A DNA stretch of 63,875 nucleotides, filler included. It is 5 parts of 5 records of this genome, joined end to end, with 100 filler letters (N's around TTAATTAATTAA, not from the genome) between each part and the next. Parts side by side here need not be neighbours in the genome. Positions count along the whole stretch, not along the records: positions 35,530 to 55,723 come from SRR20825006_1117; positions 55,824 to 63,875 come from SRR20825006_1159; 3 more parts are not named here. One strand, written 5' to 3'. Position 1 is the first letter of the stretch. Every line of letters starts with the position of its first letter. Below are positions 46,120 through 57,867 of the stretch, one piece after another. The translations under genes and the position numbers were made by a program. The notes beneath the pieces were generated by a model, which saw only the letters and a list, made by a program, of their open reading frames with translations, did not search any database and was not told the origin of the DNA.

Positions 46120-49116
46120 CTATTTCTTTTTTTGCAGGGTCTCTTTAAGGCCTGCAAGTGCTGCAAAAGGCGAGTCTGGGTCGGCCTGTTTTTCGCGGCG
46201 AGGTGGGCGCGCCGTATGCACACGCTGGCCTTGCGGCTTGCCACCCTTGCCTTTTGGGCCTTTACCCGGACCTTTACCACGCGGACGATCTGACTTGTCC
46301 CCATGTTCGCCGCCTTTGGCGCCATTTTGGGCAAAAGCTTTCCCTTGCGGCTTGCCACCCTTGCGGCCTTCGCCTTGCGGGCGGGCTTTGCGCTTGGGCG
46401 CCCATGAGAAAAAGTAACGCTCTACAAGCTCTTCCTCTGCAGAATCACCCTCTGTCGCGTCGCTCTCTTGGGCTTCAGCTTCTGATGGTTTAGGTGCTTC
46501 AGGTGCATCTGCCTCAACCACGGCTTCAGCAGGTGCAGCTTCTTCAGCATCAACCTCAGGCTCTGCGGCAGGAGCAGTTTCCTCTGCAGTTTCTGGTGTA
46601 GCTTCCGGCGCAGCCTCTGCTGGAGTAGCCTCCTGCGCCGCATCGTCTGCATTGGCTTCTTCCGCTTCAGGCTTTTCTTCCACCTTCGGTGCCGCTGGTA
46701 CTTTGCGCACTTCGTGTTTGTAGCCCGCAGCCTGCATCACCTCGGCAAAGTCTTCACCGGAAAGGCCAACAAGGCCCATAATCTCAGGTGTTACTTCAAA
46801 CCAGCCACTGCCTTGGCCCATCGGGCGTACAGCATCAGCAAGGCGCTCAAGCATATCCATACGTACCGCTTTTTTGCCGCACACCTGGAAACCGGCCATC
46901 TCGTAAAACTCACGCGGTGCTGTCTCTTCCGTCTCCACCCACACCATGCCCGGTGTTGGCAGGCTTGGAAGAGCGGTCAGCTTGCCAGCCATCGCCCACA
47001 TCATCAGCCTGAGCTCATTGGCATGCGGCTTGAGGATAACGGGGATATAAAGGCTGGAGGCACCAATACGAATGCCAAAGCGGCGCAGGCCTTTGCGGGC
47101 ATCCTGGTCGAGCTGACGCAGGTCACCGTCCACAAGGCTTCTGGAGATTACGCCGTAATTCTCCAGCAAGCGATACGCCACACCGCGCGCAAGACCGGAA
47201 AGCGGTGCCGCACCTTCAGGTGCTTCGGTGTCTCCGTTCAGCTCACCCGCAAGTTTCAAGAGCGGTTCGAGCTTCTCTGCGATACGCGTGTCCAGCCACT
47301 CTTGTGCTTTATCGCGCACGAGGTCTGCGTTCTCGCCCTGCAACAGCGTGGAAGCCACCAGCTTCACACGTGGTGCAAACAAAGCGCCGCTGTCATGCAG
47401 GGTCGCGATAGGCGCGCCTTCCCACATAAGCTTCGGGTATGCCAGACCTTCTGTGAAATCAAACGCCAGCGTCTTATAGCCCACATTGGCAAACAGCTTT
47501 GCACGGCGGGTCAGTTCCACCTGCAGTGCTGCTTCTGCCGCTGCCTTGAGCATCTTCTGGTCGTCACGGGCTGCGCCCGGCTCAACGCGGAAGGAAAATC
47601 CATTCAGTTCACCGATTTCGTGTCCTTCGACCGAAACCTGGTTTGTCTCGTCATCAATGCTCACGCTAAGTTCGCCCCTATGCCTGAGCGAGCGCATCAG
47701 AACAGCCGTTCGCCTGTCCACAAAGCGCTGGGTTAATTTTTCATGCAGGGCGTCGGACAACCTGTCCTCAACACTGCGCGTAACATGCGCCCAATGGGCA
47801 GCATCCTGAAGCCAGCCTTTCCGGTGCGAAACGTAAGTCCAAATCCGGATACTGGCAATTCGACCGGCCAAGGTATCTATATCGCCGCTTGTATTGTCAA
47901 GGCGCTTGACCTGCCTTGCGATCCAATCGTGCGGAATTGTGCCTTTTGGGCCCATCAGATCAACAAAGATGCGACGTAGAAGAGAAATGTGATCATCATG
48001 TGACAATTTGCGGAAATCGGGAATTTGGCAGACATTCCAAAGCCTTTCCACGGCTTCCGCATGTGTGACAAGGGAACTGATACCGTCATCGGCACTCATT
48101 TTCTTGAGTGCCGTGAGGTCAATGGCATCACGGGTGCGGTGAAGGCCTTCTGTGCGTGCTGGCTGCTCCAGAGAACGAACAAGCCGCGAAATTGTGGAAA
48201 AATCGAGCCGGTGATTCCGCCAGAACAGCCGTTTTACCGGCTCAAACTGGTGCTCTTCGATCTGCGCGACCATCAACGGGTCCATCGGCTCGCCACCCGA
48301 AAGGGTGGAAAACGTACCGTCTTTTTTAAAGCGGCCCGCACGGCCTGCAATCTGCGCAGCCTCGGCGGCTGTCAGCTCACGATAGGTCCGGCCGTCAAAT
48401 TTACTGAGCCCCGCGAAGGAGACATGGCCGATATCAAGGTTAAGCCCCATGCCGATAGCGTCTGTTGCCACAAGGTGATCAACCTCACCGCTCGCATACA
48501 TCTCAACCTGCGCATTGCGGGTGCGCGGGGAAAGCGCCCCCATCACAATCGCGGCGCCGCCCTTCTGGCGACGGATAAGCTCCGCCATGCCGTAAACATC
48601 GGCTGAGGAAAACCCGACCACCGCGCTACGGCGCGGCAGGCGAGACAGCTTGTTCGCGCGCACGGCCTTCAGCTCTGAAAACCGAGGGCGGGTGACAATC
48701 TCAATTTCCGGGATCAGGCGTATAAGCACACTGCGCATCGTCTCTGCGCCCAGAAGCAGCGTCTCGTGTCGCCCCCGGCTATGCAGCAGATGCTCGGTGA
48801 AAATATGGCCGCGTTGCGGGTCTGCTGCCATCTGCACTTCATCGATGGCGATAAAATCAGCGACCGCATGGCGCGGCATCGCTTCGGCGGTACAAAGGAA
48901 ATAGCGCGCGCCTTCCGGCACTATACGTTCTTCGCCGGTGACAAGCGCCACCTGGTTCTTGCCCTTCACAGCCACAACACGGTCGTACACTTCCCGTGCA
49001 AGCAGCCGAAGCGGAAAGCCCATAACGCCAGAGGCATAGCCCATCATACGCTCCACCGCATAATGGGTTTTACCCGTATTGGTGGGGCCAAGAACCGCCT
49101 TGATGATGCCAGCCAT
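46120..49116 (-). CDS. SUV3-like SF2 helicase (MgpS type) with acidic/basic disordered tail
   Basis: GPTNTGKT, PLRLLARE, DEVQ, ATDAIGMGLN, QIAGRAGR. Confidence 0.9.
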   Translation of the reverse strand: MAGIIKAVLGPTNTGKTHYAVERMMGYASGVMGFPLRLLAREVYDRVVAVKGKNQVALVTGEERIVPEGARYFLCTAEAMPRHAVADFIAIDEVQMAADPQRGHIFTEHLLHSRGRHETLLLGAETMRSVLIRLIPEIEIVTRPRFSELKAVRANKLSRLPRRSAVVGFSSADVYGMAELIRRQKGGAAIVMGALSPRTRNAQVEMYASGEVDHLVATDAIGMGLNLDIGHVSFAGLSKFDGRTYRELTAAEAAQIAGRAGRFKKDGTFSTLSGGEPMDPLMVAQIEEHQFEPVKRLFWRNHRLDFSTISRLVRSLEQPARTEGLHRTRDAIDLTALKKMSADDGISSLVTHAEAVERLWNVCQIPDFRKLSHDDHISLLRRIFVDLMGPKGTIPHDWIARQVKRLDNTSGDIDTLAGRIASIRIWTYVSHRKGWLQDAAHWAHVTRSVEDRLSDALHEKLTQRFVDRRTAVLMRSLRHRGELSVSIDDETNQVSVEGHEIGELNGFSFRVEPGAARDDQKMLKAAAEAALQVELTRRAKLFANVGYKTLAFDFTEGLAYPKLMWEGAPIATLHDSGALFAPRVKLVASTLLQGENADLVRDKAQEWLDTRIAEKLEPLLKLAGELNGDTEAPEGAAPLSGLARGVAYRLLENYGVISRSLVDGDLRQLDQDARKGLRRFGIRIGASSLYIPVILKPHANELRLMMWAMAGKLTALPSLPTPGMVWVETEETAPREFYEMAGFQVCGKKAVRMDMLERLADAVRPMGQGSGWFEVTPEIMGLVGLSGEDFAEVMQAAGYKHEVRKVPAAPKVEEKPEAEEANADDAAQEATPAEAAPEATPETAEETAPAAEPEVDAEEAAPAEAVVEADAPEAPKPSEAEAQESDATEGDSAEEELVERYFFSWAPKRKARPQGEGRKGGKPQGKAFAQNGAKGGEHGDKSDRPRGKGPGKGPKGKGGKPQGQRVHTARPPRREKQADPDSPFAALAGLKETLQKKK

Positions 49117-49210
49117 AAAAACGCCTAACAGTAACTTAATAGTGAAGGTTTAGATAACGGTTCCCCGTTCAAAAGTGAAACCCTATAATCATAATTAAAC
49201 GGGAGCGTGT

Positions 49211-50971
49211 ATGGCTAAACTTGGAATGGACAGGCGACAGATCCTTAAAGGTGCGGGCATATTAGGTGGTATTGCGGCGGCGAGAGCGGCCTATGCCTAC
49301 ACGCCCGAAACGCCTAACCCACCTGTCAAAACACCTGGTGACCTAGCCATTGCCGAGCGTATCGCGGGCGTGAAATATACGCCTGACGAGCGCGCCATGA
49401 TCCTCGACGAGCTTGAAGACATGCTCGATCGCCTACGCCGACGACGTACAGGCGTGGAGCTAAAAAACTCGGACGCACCCGCCATGGCGTTTGACCCGCG
49501 TCTGCCCGGCAAAACCTATGTTGTGCAATCAGGCGGTGTCCGACTGGCGTCAGGAGAACCGGGGCCACTGCCCAGTGATGAAGCTATTGCCTTCGCCCCC
49601 GTACATGCTCAGGCATACTGGATCAAAAACGGGCTTCTGACCTCAAGCCGCCTGACGGACATCTATCTGTCGCGTATCAAACGGCTTGACCCAAAGCTCA
49701 GGTGCTTCATCACCGTCACCGAGGCGGTCGCGCGCGAGCAGGCGTGGGAAGCCGATGTAGAAATACGCTCAGGCCGCTATCGGGGGCCACTGCACGGTAT
49801 CCCGTTTGGGATGAAAGATATCATCGATACCAAAGGCATCAAGACAACCTGGGGCGCCGCTCCCTATCAGGACCGCACGGCAGAAAATGATGCGGCTGTA
49901 ACAAAGCGGCTACGCGATGCTGGCGCCGTGCTTCTCGGTAAAGTCGCTCTGGGCGCTCTTGCCTATGGCGACCTGTGGTTTGGCGGCGTTGTGCGCAACC
50001 CCTGGAACATGAATGAGGGTGCATCCGGCTCCAGCGCGGGCTCCGCCTCCGCCACTGTTGCCGGACTATGCAGCTTCGCCATCGGTACCGAAACCATGGG
50101 GTCCATCATCTCACCCTCAACACGCTGCGGCGCCGTAGGGCTGAGGCCCACGTTTGGCCGCGTGCCCCGCACAGGCGCCATGTCTCTGTGCTGGAGCCTG
50201 GATAAAATCGGCCCGATCTGCCGGAGTGTCGAGGACACCGCGTTGGTGCTGGACGCTATCAACGGCCATGATGGCGGTGATCCCGGTTCGCTGGACTGGG
50301 GCTTCGCTTATGACGGCAACTCCGCCACCGCCGGAGATATAAAGATAGGGTATGACCCCAAATGGTTCACTGGCGAGGATGCCACCGACCTTGACCGGCA
50401 GGTCCTTGACCAGCTCAAGGGCATGGGCTTCACGCTGGTGGAAATTTCGCTGCCAAAACTGCCTTACTCTACCCTGCTCACAACAGTAGAGGTTGAGGCC
50501 GCCGCCACGTTTGAGGAGCTGACCCTGTCAGACGACGACGACAAACTTATGTGGCAAGGCGACAAGGCCTGGCCCAACACCTTGCGCGCCGCGCGCTTCC
50601 ACAGCGCCATCGAATATGTCCAGCTGGACCGATTCCGCCGTCAGGTGATGGAGATGATGCACGGTATGTTCGAGCAGGTGGATATGTTCGCCTGCCCCAA
50701 CTTCGCAGGCGATATGCTGGTGATCACCAATTATACCGGGCATCCGAGCCTTTCGCTGCCGCTGGGACTTATCAAACGCCAGACCTTTCCGCTGACAGGC
50801 ACAGAGGATAAAAAGCTCGGCTTTGAACGCCGTGTGCCATACGGCTTTACGCTGTGGGGTAACATGTTCCGGGAAGACCAGTTGGTCGGTGTTGGTCGGC
50901 TTCTGGAGCGTGCCGCCAACTTCGGCGCCCACCGCCCCATCCTCCTTGAAAGCCTGAACCGGGAAGAGTAA
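49211..50971 (+). CDS. Tat-exported amidase-signature family enzyme
   Basis: Twin-Arg [36 protein letters not shown] (Ser-cisSer-Lys triad). Confidence 0.88.
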   Translation: MAKLGMDRRQILKGAGILGGIAAARAAYAYTPETPNPPVKTPGDLAIAERIAGVKYTPDERAMILDELEDMLDRLRRRRTGVELKNSDAPAMAFDPRLPGKTYVVQSGGVRLASGEPGPLPSDEAIAFAPVHAQAYWIKNGLLTSSRLTDIYLSRIKRLDPKLRCFITVTEAVAREQAWEADVEIRSGRYRGPLHGIPFGMKDIIDTKGIKTTWGAAPYQDRTAENDAAVTKRLRDAGAVLLGKVALGALAYGDLWFGGVVRNPWNMNEGASGSSAGSASATVAGLCSFAIGTETMGSIISPSTRCGAVGLRPTFGRVPRTGAMSLCWSLDKIGPICRSVEDTALVLDAINGHDGGDPGSLDWGFAYDGNSATAGDIKIGYDPKWFTGEDATDLDRQVLDQLKGMGFTLVEISLPKLPYSTLLTTVEVEAAATFEELTLSDDDDKLMWQGDKAWPNTLRAARFHSAIEYVQLDRFRRQVMEMMHGMFEQVDMFACPNFAGDMLVITNYTGHPSLSLPLGLIKRQTFPLTGTEDKKLGFERRVPYGFTLWGNMFREDQLVGVGRLLERAANFGAHRPILLESLNREE

Positions 50972-51140
50972 ACCGGCGCAAAGCCGCACAAATGCTGCGT
51001 CGCACGAGTCAAAAAGCTTGACCATGGGAGGCGAATCGTCTACTCACCGCGCCAGCTATTGCCGAATCCGGTCTTTAGCGAACATGGACCATAAAGATTC
51101 CCGGGGCGATGACCTCGGCAGAAAAACAAGGATAACGAAC

Positions 51141-51434
51141 ATGTCGCGCGTATGTGAACTGACTGGCAAACGGGTAATGGCGGGTAATAACGTGTCTCAC
51201 GCACACAACAAAACCCGTCGCCGTTTCTTGCCAAACCTGACCAAAGCAACCCTGATTTCCGATACCCTCGGTCGTTCTGTCAGCCTGCGTATTTCTACGC
51301 ACGCGCTGCGCTCTGTTGAGCACAACGATGGTCTCGATAATTTCCTCCTGAAAGCTCGCGACACCGATCTGTCGGCTAACGCTCAGAAGCTGAAGCGGGA
51401 AATCAAAAAGAAACAGGCTGCTGCCAAGGCATAA
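51141..51434 (+). CDS. rpmB: 50S ribosomal protein L28
   Basis: [10 protein letters not shown]...[19 protein letters not shown]. Confidence 0.97.
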   Translation: MSRVCELTGKRVMAGNNVSHAHNKTRRRFLPNLTKATLISDTLGRSVSLRISTHALRSVEHNDGLDNFLLKARDTDLSANAQKLKREIKKKQAAAKA

Positions 51435-51478
51435 AGCCCGGGGCAACCCGCCTCAGGTGCGGGAAGCAAAAGTTTCGG

Positions 51479-51511
51479 AAAACGTCGCAGCACATCGCTG
51501 CGGCGTTTTTT
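51479..51511 (+). terminator. Rho-independent terminator after rpmB
   Basis: AACGTCGCAGC-ACATC-GCTGCGGCGTT followed by a T-run. Confidence 0.7.
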
Positions 51512-51540
51512 ATTGGCGAGAGTTGGGCCATTCACGCCCG

Positions 51541-52434
51541 CTAGAAATAGGTGCCGTAAGCCTCATAGTCACGCGCATACCGCGCACGAGCTTCTTCTTC
51601 CAGCGCATCACTCGGTTCGATCTTCGCCATGTCTTTGGAGCGGAAGTTATGAATAGCAGGAATATCCACGCCCACTTTTTCTGACAGTTTTAACCGCAAA
51701 CTGTCCATCTCCTTCACCGGACCGATCCAGTCAAAAATGCTGGCGTCTGCACCTGCGATATCAGCGATGCCATTAGTATGAGCACGAAGCGTGCGGAACA
51801 CTTGGCGGTACCGGGTAAGGTTTGCGAGAAACTCGTCATAGCTGGGTTGCAGCTTGAGCCCCAAGTAGGTCTCTCGCCCCATGACTTCTTTTGACAGGTC
51901 ATTGGTGAACACGAGATTGAAGCGGTAGTAGGACCGGAGCCGTGAGATTGGGTCCCGCACCACGAGAAACTTGAACCAGTTTGCATGGGTTTCATGCAAC
52001 CGCGTACGGTCTTCAAACGCGTAAGGCGCGTGTTTTGACACCAGCGTATGAGAATGCCCCTCAGCTCGCTCACCTGTCAGGATATGGTAGAGCATATCCT
52101 TGATCGTGGTGGAGCCGCATTTCGGGACATGGAGATAAAGTATCTTGTGATCACTCACGCTCGTAAAGGCTGACCGGTTCGATTTGGCGAGCGCAAGCTC
52201 TCCCGGTGTTGGGCCTTTCACATGCTCGATGATACGCGCCATCAACTCGTGGGCAGCTTGTTCGTCACCCTGCATCAGCAAAATACGGCGGAGGAACCGC
52301 CAAAGCCGCACATGATCATAATCGTCAAGCGCGCTTGTAATCAGCGCATGAGCCTCATCGACGGCCTCATCCTGCAGAAGAGCTTCAGCCTTCTGGACCA
52401 AATGATTGATCTCTGTATTTTTCGCAGTATCCAT
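51541..52434 (-). CDS. sulfotransferase family 2 protein with N-terminal helical (TPR-like) segment
   Basis: 5'-PSB YLHVPKCGSTT and 3'-PB VVRDPISRLRSYY; C-terminal YARDYE. Confidence 0.8.
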   Translation of the reverse strand: MDTAKNTEINHLVQKAEALLQDEAVDEAHALITSALDDYDHVRLWRFLRRILLMQGDEQAAHELMARIIEHVKGPTPGELALAKSNRSAFTSVSDHKILYLHVPKCGSTTIKDMLYHILTGERAEGHSHTLVSKHAPYAFEDRTRLHETHANWFKFLVVRDPISRLRSYYRFNLVFTNDLSKEVMGRETYLGLKLQPSYDEFLANLTRYRQVFRTLRAHTNGIADIAGADASIFDWIGPVKEMDSLRLKLSEKVGVDIPAIHNFRSKDMAKIEPSDALEEEARARYARDYEAYGTYF

Positions 52435-52443
52435 GCCGTTTGA

Positions 52444-53439
52444 TTAGGCTACATCTAGGCTAAACACAAGAAGAAGCGTGCGCTGGCTGGCGCGAAAATT
52501 GTCGTCAGAGATCATGATGATCCGTGTTGGCTGGCCATCGGCCTCAATCACGTCCAAGCCTTCCATATTATCCACCGTATAGGGTGGCTCAAGATGCAAC
52601 AGCTCTTCACCAACAAGGGTAGCGCCCGGTTTGATATCCTCCGCCTTGATGCGCACAAGTTTGGCCGCAACCCCGCTGAGAAGGGAAAACCGCCGGAGCA
52701 ACAATAGAACATCGCCATTCTTCAGCGTCGCCGCATCGGTTGGGGAAAAATTTAGCGGCGGTTTGAAGTAGATATCGTCGGCACCGTCTTCGCGGGCAAT
52801 CCAGCCCCGCAACCTGCCGCGTGTATCAAGGCCGCCTTCAACTAACGTCAGAATGCCGCCCTCAACCGAGGTGATCGCCTCCACTCCACCATTTGTGGCC
52901 AAGCCCCGGAAATCCAAATGCTTATTGTGAAGCAGGAATGTGATGTCACCGTCCGCCGCCACGGCCAGCAGCCTGTGGTAGCTTTCAAAAGCCACCAAAT
53001 AGCCGCCTTCGAAGCGGATCAGGCTTTCCGCATCAAGCCCTTTTTTGCTGTGGTCCTGGGCCTTGCTATCAAAAGGCCGCATGACGGCAGAAAGAAAGGG
53101 TGCTTTCCGTCCCCAATCCATATCCGCTGAGAACCAGTCACCGCGATCACTGATGGCCATCAGGCTCGCGTCATCCGCCACGAGGCCTGAAAAACCACCA
53201 AAATTTTCATTATCAGCCGTGAGAGACCACCCCGCCAGGTAACGCAGTTTTCCCGCGTGGTTCAGGCTCAGGTCCTCCGGGTTAAGGGGAACCGCTTTTG
53301 CTGTGACCGTGATTTCCGTTGGCCCCGCAAGCGGGTGCGACGGCTTGTTGCCAGCCAAATTCTGGTAGGTTGCGAATGCTGCCAGCGCCACTGCCGACAC
53401 CAGCGCAAACGAAATTTTCCGGGGATGCCGCATGATCAT
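52444..53439 (-). CDS. esterase-like/phytase-like beta-propeller family protein
   Basis: FGGFSG, ISDRG, DAES, NGGVEA, DNMEG, ISDDNF...QRTLL; usual position after cobT. Confidence 0.8.
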   Translation of the reverse strand: MIMRHPRKISFALVSAVALAAFATYQNLAGNKPSHPLAGPTEITVTAKAVPLNPEDLSLNHAGKLRYLAGWSLTADNENFGGFSGLVADDASLMAISDRGDWFSADMDWGRKAPFLSAVMRPFDSKAQDHSKKGLDAESLIRFEGGYLVAFESYHRLLAVAADGDITFLLHNKHLDFRGLATNGGVEAITSVEGGILTLVEGGLDTRGRLRGWIAREDGADDIYFKPPLNFSPTDAATLKNGDVLLLLRRFSLLSGVAAKLVRIKAEDIKPGATLVGEELLHLEPPYTVDNMEGLDVIEADGQPTRIIMISDDNFRASQRTLLLVFSLDVA

Positions 53440-53445
53440 CAGATG

Positions 53446-55302
53446 TTATCCAAGTCGCCTTGGTGTTGGCACGGCTTCCTCGAATAGAGACGCCAGCTGC
53501 TCTGTCATGGCACCGCCAAGCTGTTCTGCATCAAGGATGGTGACAGCTCGCTTGTAGTAGCGGGTAACATCATGCCCGATACCGATGGCGATCAGTTCCA
53601 CGGGCGAACGTTCTTCAATCCATTTGATGACCTGACGCAGATGGTTTTCAAGATAAACGCCTGAATTGACACTCAAAGTGCTGTCATCCACCGGTGCACC
53701 ATCCGATATCACCATCAGGATACGGCGTTCTTCCGCGCGCGCCATCAAGCGGTTATGGGCCCAGAGAAGGGCTTCACCGTCGATATTTTCCTTGAGCAAA
53801 CCTTCGCGCATCATCAGGCCCAGATTACGGCGGGACCGGCGCCATGGCGCATCGCCGGTTTTATAGATGATATGCCTCAGGTCATTGAGCCGGCCCGGCG
53901 CTTTTGGTCGTCCATCCTGCAGCCATTTCTCGCGCGATTGTCCGCCCTTCCAGGCTTTGGTCGTGAAGCCAAGGATTTCGACCTTCACGCCGCAACGCTC
54001 AAGTGTGCGGGCGAGAATGTCGGCGGAAATAGCCGCAATCGAGATCGGCCTGCCCCGCATGGAGCCGGAGTTATCCAGAAGCAGTGTTACCACCGTATCC
54101 TTGAACTCGGTTTCGCTCTCAAGCTTGTAAGAAAGCGGCTTGGTAGGGCTAGAGACCACACGTGCGAGCCGCCCTGCGTCCAATATGCCTTCTTCCAAAT
54201 CAAACTGCCAATGGCGACGCTGCTGGGCCAGCAACCGGCGCTGCAGCCGGTTTGCAAGTTTTGAAACGGCGCCTGAGAGGTGCGCCATCTGCTGATCGAG
54301 ATATTTCCTCAGCCGCTCCAGCTCTTCAAGGTCGCAAAGCTCCTCGGCTTTCAGGACTTCGTCAAATTCTTCAGTGAAAACCTGATAGAAGGGCGTGTCC
54401 GGCAGATGATCAAGCGGGCGGTTGGGGCGCCACGGAATAGTACCCTCATGTTTACCCTCGCCCGCGTCGGCATCGCTGTCTTCCATCTCTTCCATGGCAG
54501 CATCAGAAGAAGCGTCATCATCAGCGGTTTCGCCTTCACTGTCGTCCGAGCTTTCAGCGCCGTCGGCTTCGCCGTCACCATCATCGCCCGGGTCACCATC
54601 CGGGCTGTCTGGCGCGTTGCCGTCGCCCTCTTCCGGTTGGTCTTCTTCCTCGCGATCCCGTTTTTCGCCGTCGCCATCGCCAATGAGCTCGGCAATGATG
54701 CTGCGGCTGATGACCGACAAGCCTTTCTGGTCTTCAACTTTACCTTCAAGGCTATCAAGAAGGTGGCCAACACTTTCCTCTAACCACTTGCGCTGGCTCT
54801 CAACCGCAACAACTGCGCTCTCTGGTGGCTGCGCGCCCGTAAGCCGCTCGCGCACCAGAAGGCCAAGCACAGAAGCAAGGCGACCAGCTTCATCATCCGT
54901 CGGGCGTGAAAGCCCTGCTTCAAGCGCCCGTTTCTCCGTCAAGGCCCCAAGGTTTGCTTTAACGCCAGACATAGCCCTTGCGCCAATGGCCTCAAAACGC
55001 GCCTGCTCAACCGCATCAAAGATTGCACGGCCAATCGCACCGGATGGGGAAAGCTTGCTGTGAAGTTTCGGGTCATGATGCCGATGCTTGAGGGCAAAGC
55101 TGTCTGCAATGCCGCGCACCTCAGCCACATCCTGGGCTCGCACCTTGTGTGGTAGGTGTGGCACGCGCATCTCGCCCGCCACAAGGCCGGGCACGTCAGC
55201 CGTGAATTTGACATCGAGCGCCTTGTCCTGCGCCACCGCACGGGTGGTGGCGGCAAGTGCGTGCTCGAACGTCTCTTTCGGTTTTTGGCTGCCGTCTGCC
55301 AT
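53446..55302 (-). CDS. cobT: cobaltochelatase subunit CobT (vWA domain)
   Basis: [50 protein letters not shown]. Confidence 0.95.
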   Translation of the reverse strand: MADGSQKPKETFEHALAATTRAVAQDKALDVKFTADVPGLVAGEMRVPHLPHKVRAQDVAEVRGIADSFALKHRHHDPKLHSKLSPSGAIGRAIFDAVEQARFEAIGARAMSGVKANLGALTEKRALEAGLSRPTDDEAGRLASVLGLLVRERLTGAQPPESAVVAVESQRKWLEESVGHLLDSLEGKVEDQKGLSVISRSIIAELIGDGDGEKRDREEEDQPEEGDGNAPDSPDGDPGDDGDGEADGAESSDDSEGETADDDASSDAAMEEMEDSDADAGEGKHEGTIPWRPNRPLDHLPDTPFYQVFTEEFDEVLKAEELCDLEELERLRKYLDQQMAHLSGAVSKLANRLQRRLLAQQRRHWQFDLEEGILDAGRLARVVSSPTKPLSYKLESETEFKDTVVTLLLDNSGSMRGRPISIAAISADILARTLERCGVKVEILGFTTKAWKGGQSREKWLQDGRPKAPGRLNDLRHIIYKTGDAPWRRSRRNLGLMMREGLLKENIDGEALLWAHNRLMARAEERRILMVISDGAPVDDSTLSVNSGVYLENHLRQVIKWIEERSPVELIAIGIGHDVTRYYKRAVTILDAEQLGGAMTEQLASLFEEAVPTPRRLG

Positions 55303-55336
55303 CAGATGTACCCTAAACTCTTTTGATGCTTTTGCG

Positions 55337-55723
55337 TTACGCGCCGATCACCAGATTGCTCGCGGATTCCTTAAGGTCTTCCCCGAACGAGCGCTGGTAA
55401 TATTCCGCCACGATTGACCGCTCGGCCTCATCACATTTGTTGAGGAAGCTGACCCGGAAACCAAAGGAAACATCACCAAAAATGCGTGCGTTTTGCGCCC
55501 ATGTCAGCACCGTACGTGGGCTCATCACTGTAGAAATATCGCCCGCCATAAAGCCGGTGCGTGTGAGGTCTGCGACCCGCACCATATTGGCGATTGTCTT
55601 ACGGCCCTCTTCATTGTCGTAGCTTGGCTCTTTCGCGACAATGATGCTGGTTTCCGTTGAATGCGGCAGATAGTTGAGCGTGCCCACGATGTTCCAGCGG
55701 TCCATCTGGCCCTGGTTGATCTG
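55337..55723 (-). CDS. cobS: cobaltochelatase subunit CobS (AAA+), 5' truncated
   Basis: [27 protein letters not shown]; upstream of cobT. Confidence 0.92.
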   Translation of the reverse strand, partial: QINQGQMDRWNIVGTLNYLPHSTETSIIVAKEPSYDNEEGRKTIANMVRVADLTRTGFMAGDISTVMSPRTVLTWAQNARIFGDVSFGFRVSFLNKCDEAERSIVAEYYQRSFGEDLKESASNLVIGA

Positions 55724-55823
55724 NNNNNNNNNNNNNNNNNNNNNNNNNNNNNNNNNNNNNNNNNNNNTTAATTAATTAANNNNNNNNNNNNNNNNNNNNN
55801 NNNNNNNNNNNNNNNNNNNNNNN
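55724..55823. other. artificial contig spacer
   Basis: N44-TTAATTAATTAA-N44. Confidence 0.99.
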
Positions 55824-55824
55824 A

Positions 55825-56967
55825 AATGCCATTCGCGGCATGCTCAGCGGCCTGGACCCGCACTCCGACTACCTGGACTCCGACTCCTTCGACAACCTTC
55901 AAACCCACACCACCGGCGAGTTCGGCGGCCTGGGTATCGAAGTGGGCATGGAAAATGGCTTTGTCAAAGTTGTTAGCCCCATCGATAACACGCCGGCACA
56001 ACGGGCGGGTATTCAGCCCGGCGATCTGATTATCCAGATCGACCAACAGCCCATCAAAGGCCTTAGCCTGCAAGAGGCCATCGAACTGATGCGCGGCCCC
56101 AAGGGCAGCCCCATCACCCTCACTATTCTGCGCGAAGGGGTAAAAGCGCCGATAGAACTGGAACTGAAGCGCGACATTATCACCGTCGCCAGTGTGCGCG
56201 GCCGCATGCTCCAACCCGGCTACGGCTATCTGCGTATTTCGCAGTTCCAAAGCCGCACCGGCGAAGACCTGCGCAGCGAGTTGGCAAAACTTAAGGCCAA
56301 CCGCAGTGGCTTGCGCGGAGTGGTACTGGACCTTCGTAACAACCCCGGTGGCCTGCTGCAGGCTTCCGTACAAGTGGTCGACACCTTTTTAAACGACGGG
56401 CTTATTGTCTACACCGAGGGGCGCCTACCCAACGCCTTTAGTCGCTATATGGCCAGCGATACCAATAACGCCGACGACACCCCTCTGGTGGTGCTGATAA
56501 ACGGCGGCTCGGCCTCCGCCTCGGAAATTGTTGCCGGCGCACTGCAAGACCACCGCCGCGCTATTATTCTGGGCACCCAGAGTTTTGGCAAAGGCTCGGT
56601 CCAAACCGTGCTGCCACTGGCCGAGGACAGCGCCATAAAACTGACCACCGCCCGCTACTACACCCCCAGCGGCCGCTCGATACAAGCGCAGGGCATCGTG
56701 CCGGACATTATTGTCGAGCGTGCTCGCATTGAATCTCTGGGCGCAGAAAAAATGGTTACCGAAGCTGACCTGGCGGGCCACCTAGGCAACGAGAGCGGAA
56801 AAGAAAACAACGGCAGCAACCGCATTGTCGACAGTGCTGCCAACGAACTTGCTGCCACCGATAACCAGCTTTACGAGGCACTCAACCTGCTAAAAGGCCT
56901 GCATATTATGTCGGCCAATAGTCAGCGCTTGGCCAGGCAAAAACTGGAGGCGCCAAACGCTCAGTGA
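55825..56967 (+). CDS. ctpA: S41 carboxy-terminal processing protease, 5' truncated
   Basis: LDPHS, PDZ GGLGI, DLRNNPGG, SASASEI, FGKGSVQ, TARYYTP. Confidence 0.93.
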   Translation, partial: NAIRGMLSGLDPHSDYLDSDSFDNLQTHTTGEFGGLGIEVGMENGFVKVVSPIDNTPAQRAGIQPGDLIIQIDQQPIKGLSLQEAIELMRGPKGSPITLTILREGVKAPIELELKRDIITVASVRGRMLQPGYGYLRISQFQSRTGEDLRSELAKLKANRSGLRGVVLDLRNNPGGLLQASVQVVDTFLNDGLIVYTEGRLPNAFSRYMASDTNNADDTPLVVLINGGSASASEIVAGALQDHRRAIILGTQSFGKGSVQTVLPLAEDSAIKLTTARYYTPSGRSIQAQGIVPDIIVERARIESLGAEKMVTEADLAGHLGNESGKENNGSNRIVDSAANELAATDNQLYEALNLLKGLHIMSANSQRLARQKLEAPNAQ

Positions 56968-57677
56968 GCGCTTTCCGCCTCAACACGCAGGGACTCGGCC
57001 AGGGCCTTAATCACGCCCTGGCCAAGAGGCAGCAGAAAAATATCGCCATCGCTGACGCCGTCCACCGACACTCCTAGTACATAGCGCTCACTCACTATGT
57101 ACTCACGCAGCGCATTGTAGTTAACAGAGGTGTGCCAGAAGCGCTCTCCCTGACCATTCACCCCCTCGACTTCCAGCGACAGCTTTGGCGACACCCTCAC
57201 CACCAGCCCTTCCATAATCCCGATGCCGGCACGGGTAATATCACTGGAGGGGTAGGACAAATAGCCGCGCAAATTCATATAGGCTCTGCCGGCGTCCACA
57301 GGGTACTCAAAGCGAATGGCTGACAACTCATTGTGATCACCGTACACCATTACCATTTCCGACTCCCCAGCCTGCACCACGGGCACACCTGACACCTCAC
57401 GCACGCCATCAACAATCAGGCGTTCAAAGCGGCGCAACTGCGCATCCAGCTGAGCACTGGCGGCCGGGTCGAGAGCGCGCTCCACAGCTTGAAAAACGCG
57501 CTGCCAAGAGTTGATGCGCCGCTGATCCTTGCCCTCTGGCTCCGTCAATGCGCTGAGCGATTCAAAGTCTACCGTCAGGCTACGTATCTGCACGTCACCC
57601 TGATAGTTGTGGGTCAAAGGCTGATTGGCACAGGCGGCCAGCAGCACTATAGAAATAGCGAGTATCGCTCGCAGCAT
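56961..57677 (-). CDS. hypothetical lipoprotein
   Basis: MLRAILAISIVLLAAC lipobox; GAGG RBS upstream. Confidence 0.65.
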   Translation of the reverse strand: MLRAILAISIVLLAACANQPLTHNYQGDVQIRSLTVDFESLSALTEPEGKDQRRINSWQRVFQAVERALDPAASAQLDAQLRRFERLIVDGVREVSGVPVVQAGESEMVMVYGDHNELSAIRFEYPVDAGRAYMNLRGYLSYPSSDITRAGIGIMEGLVVRVSPKLSLEVEGVNGQGERFWHTSVNYNALREYIVSERYVLGVSVDGVSDGDIFLLPLGQGVIKALAESLRVEAESAH

Positions 57678-57867
57678 GATGGATTCCTCAAAGCTCGCAC
57701 CCGCCGGATAGCGCGCACATTGCCGCAGATAATAGCGCAATACTCGAAGTTGGGAAGTAGCCGCAGCGCCGCGAGTCGCAAACTAACAGCAGCGCTCTCC
57801 CAGCACGGGCGCATTTGCCCGCGCGGATGCGTTATGCTGCGATTTTCCTTCTCGGATATTTAGGATA

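Noticed and set aside
7560-55823. Four identical TTAATTAATTAA motifs flanked by N runs, which could look like a repeat family or recombination sites
   Set aside because: Artificial spacers. Genes are cut at each one and sequence style changes across most of them, so no cross-spacer system is claimed.
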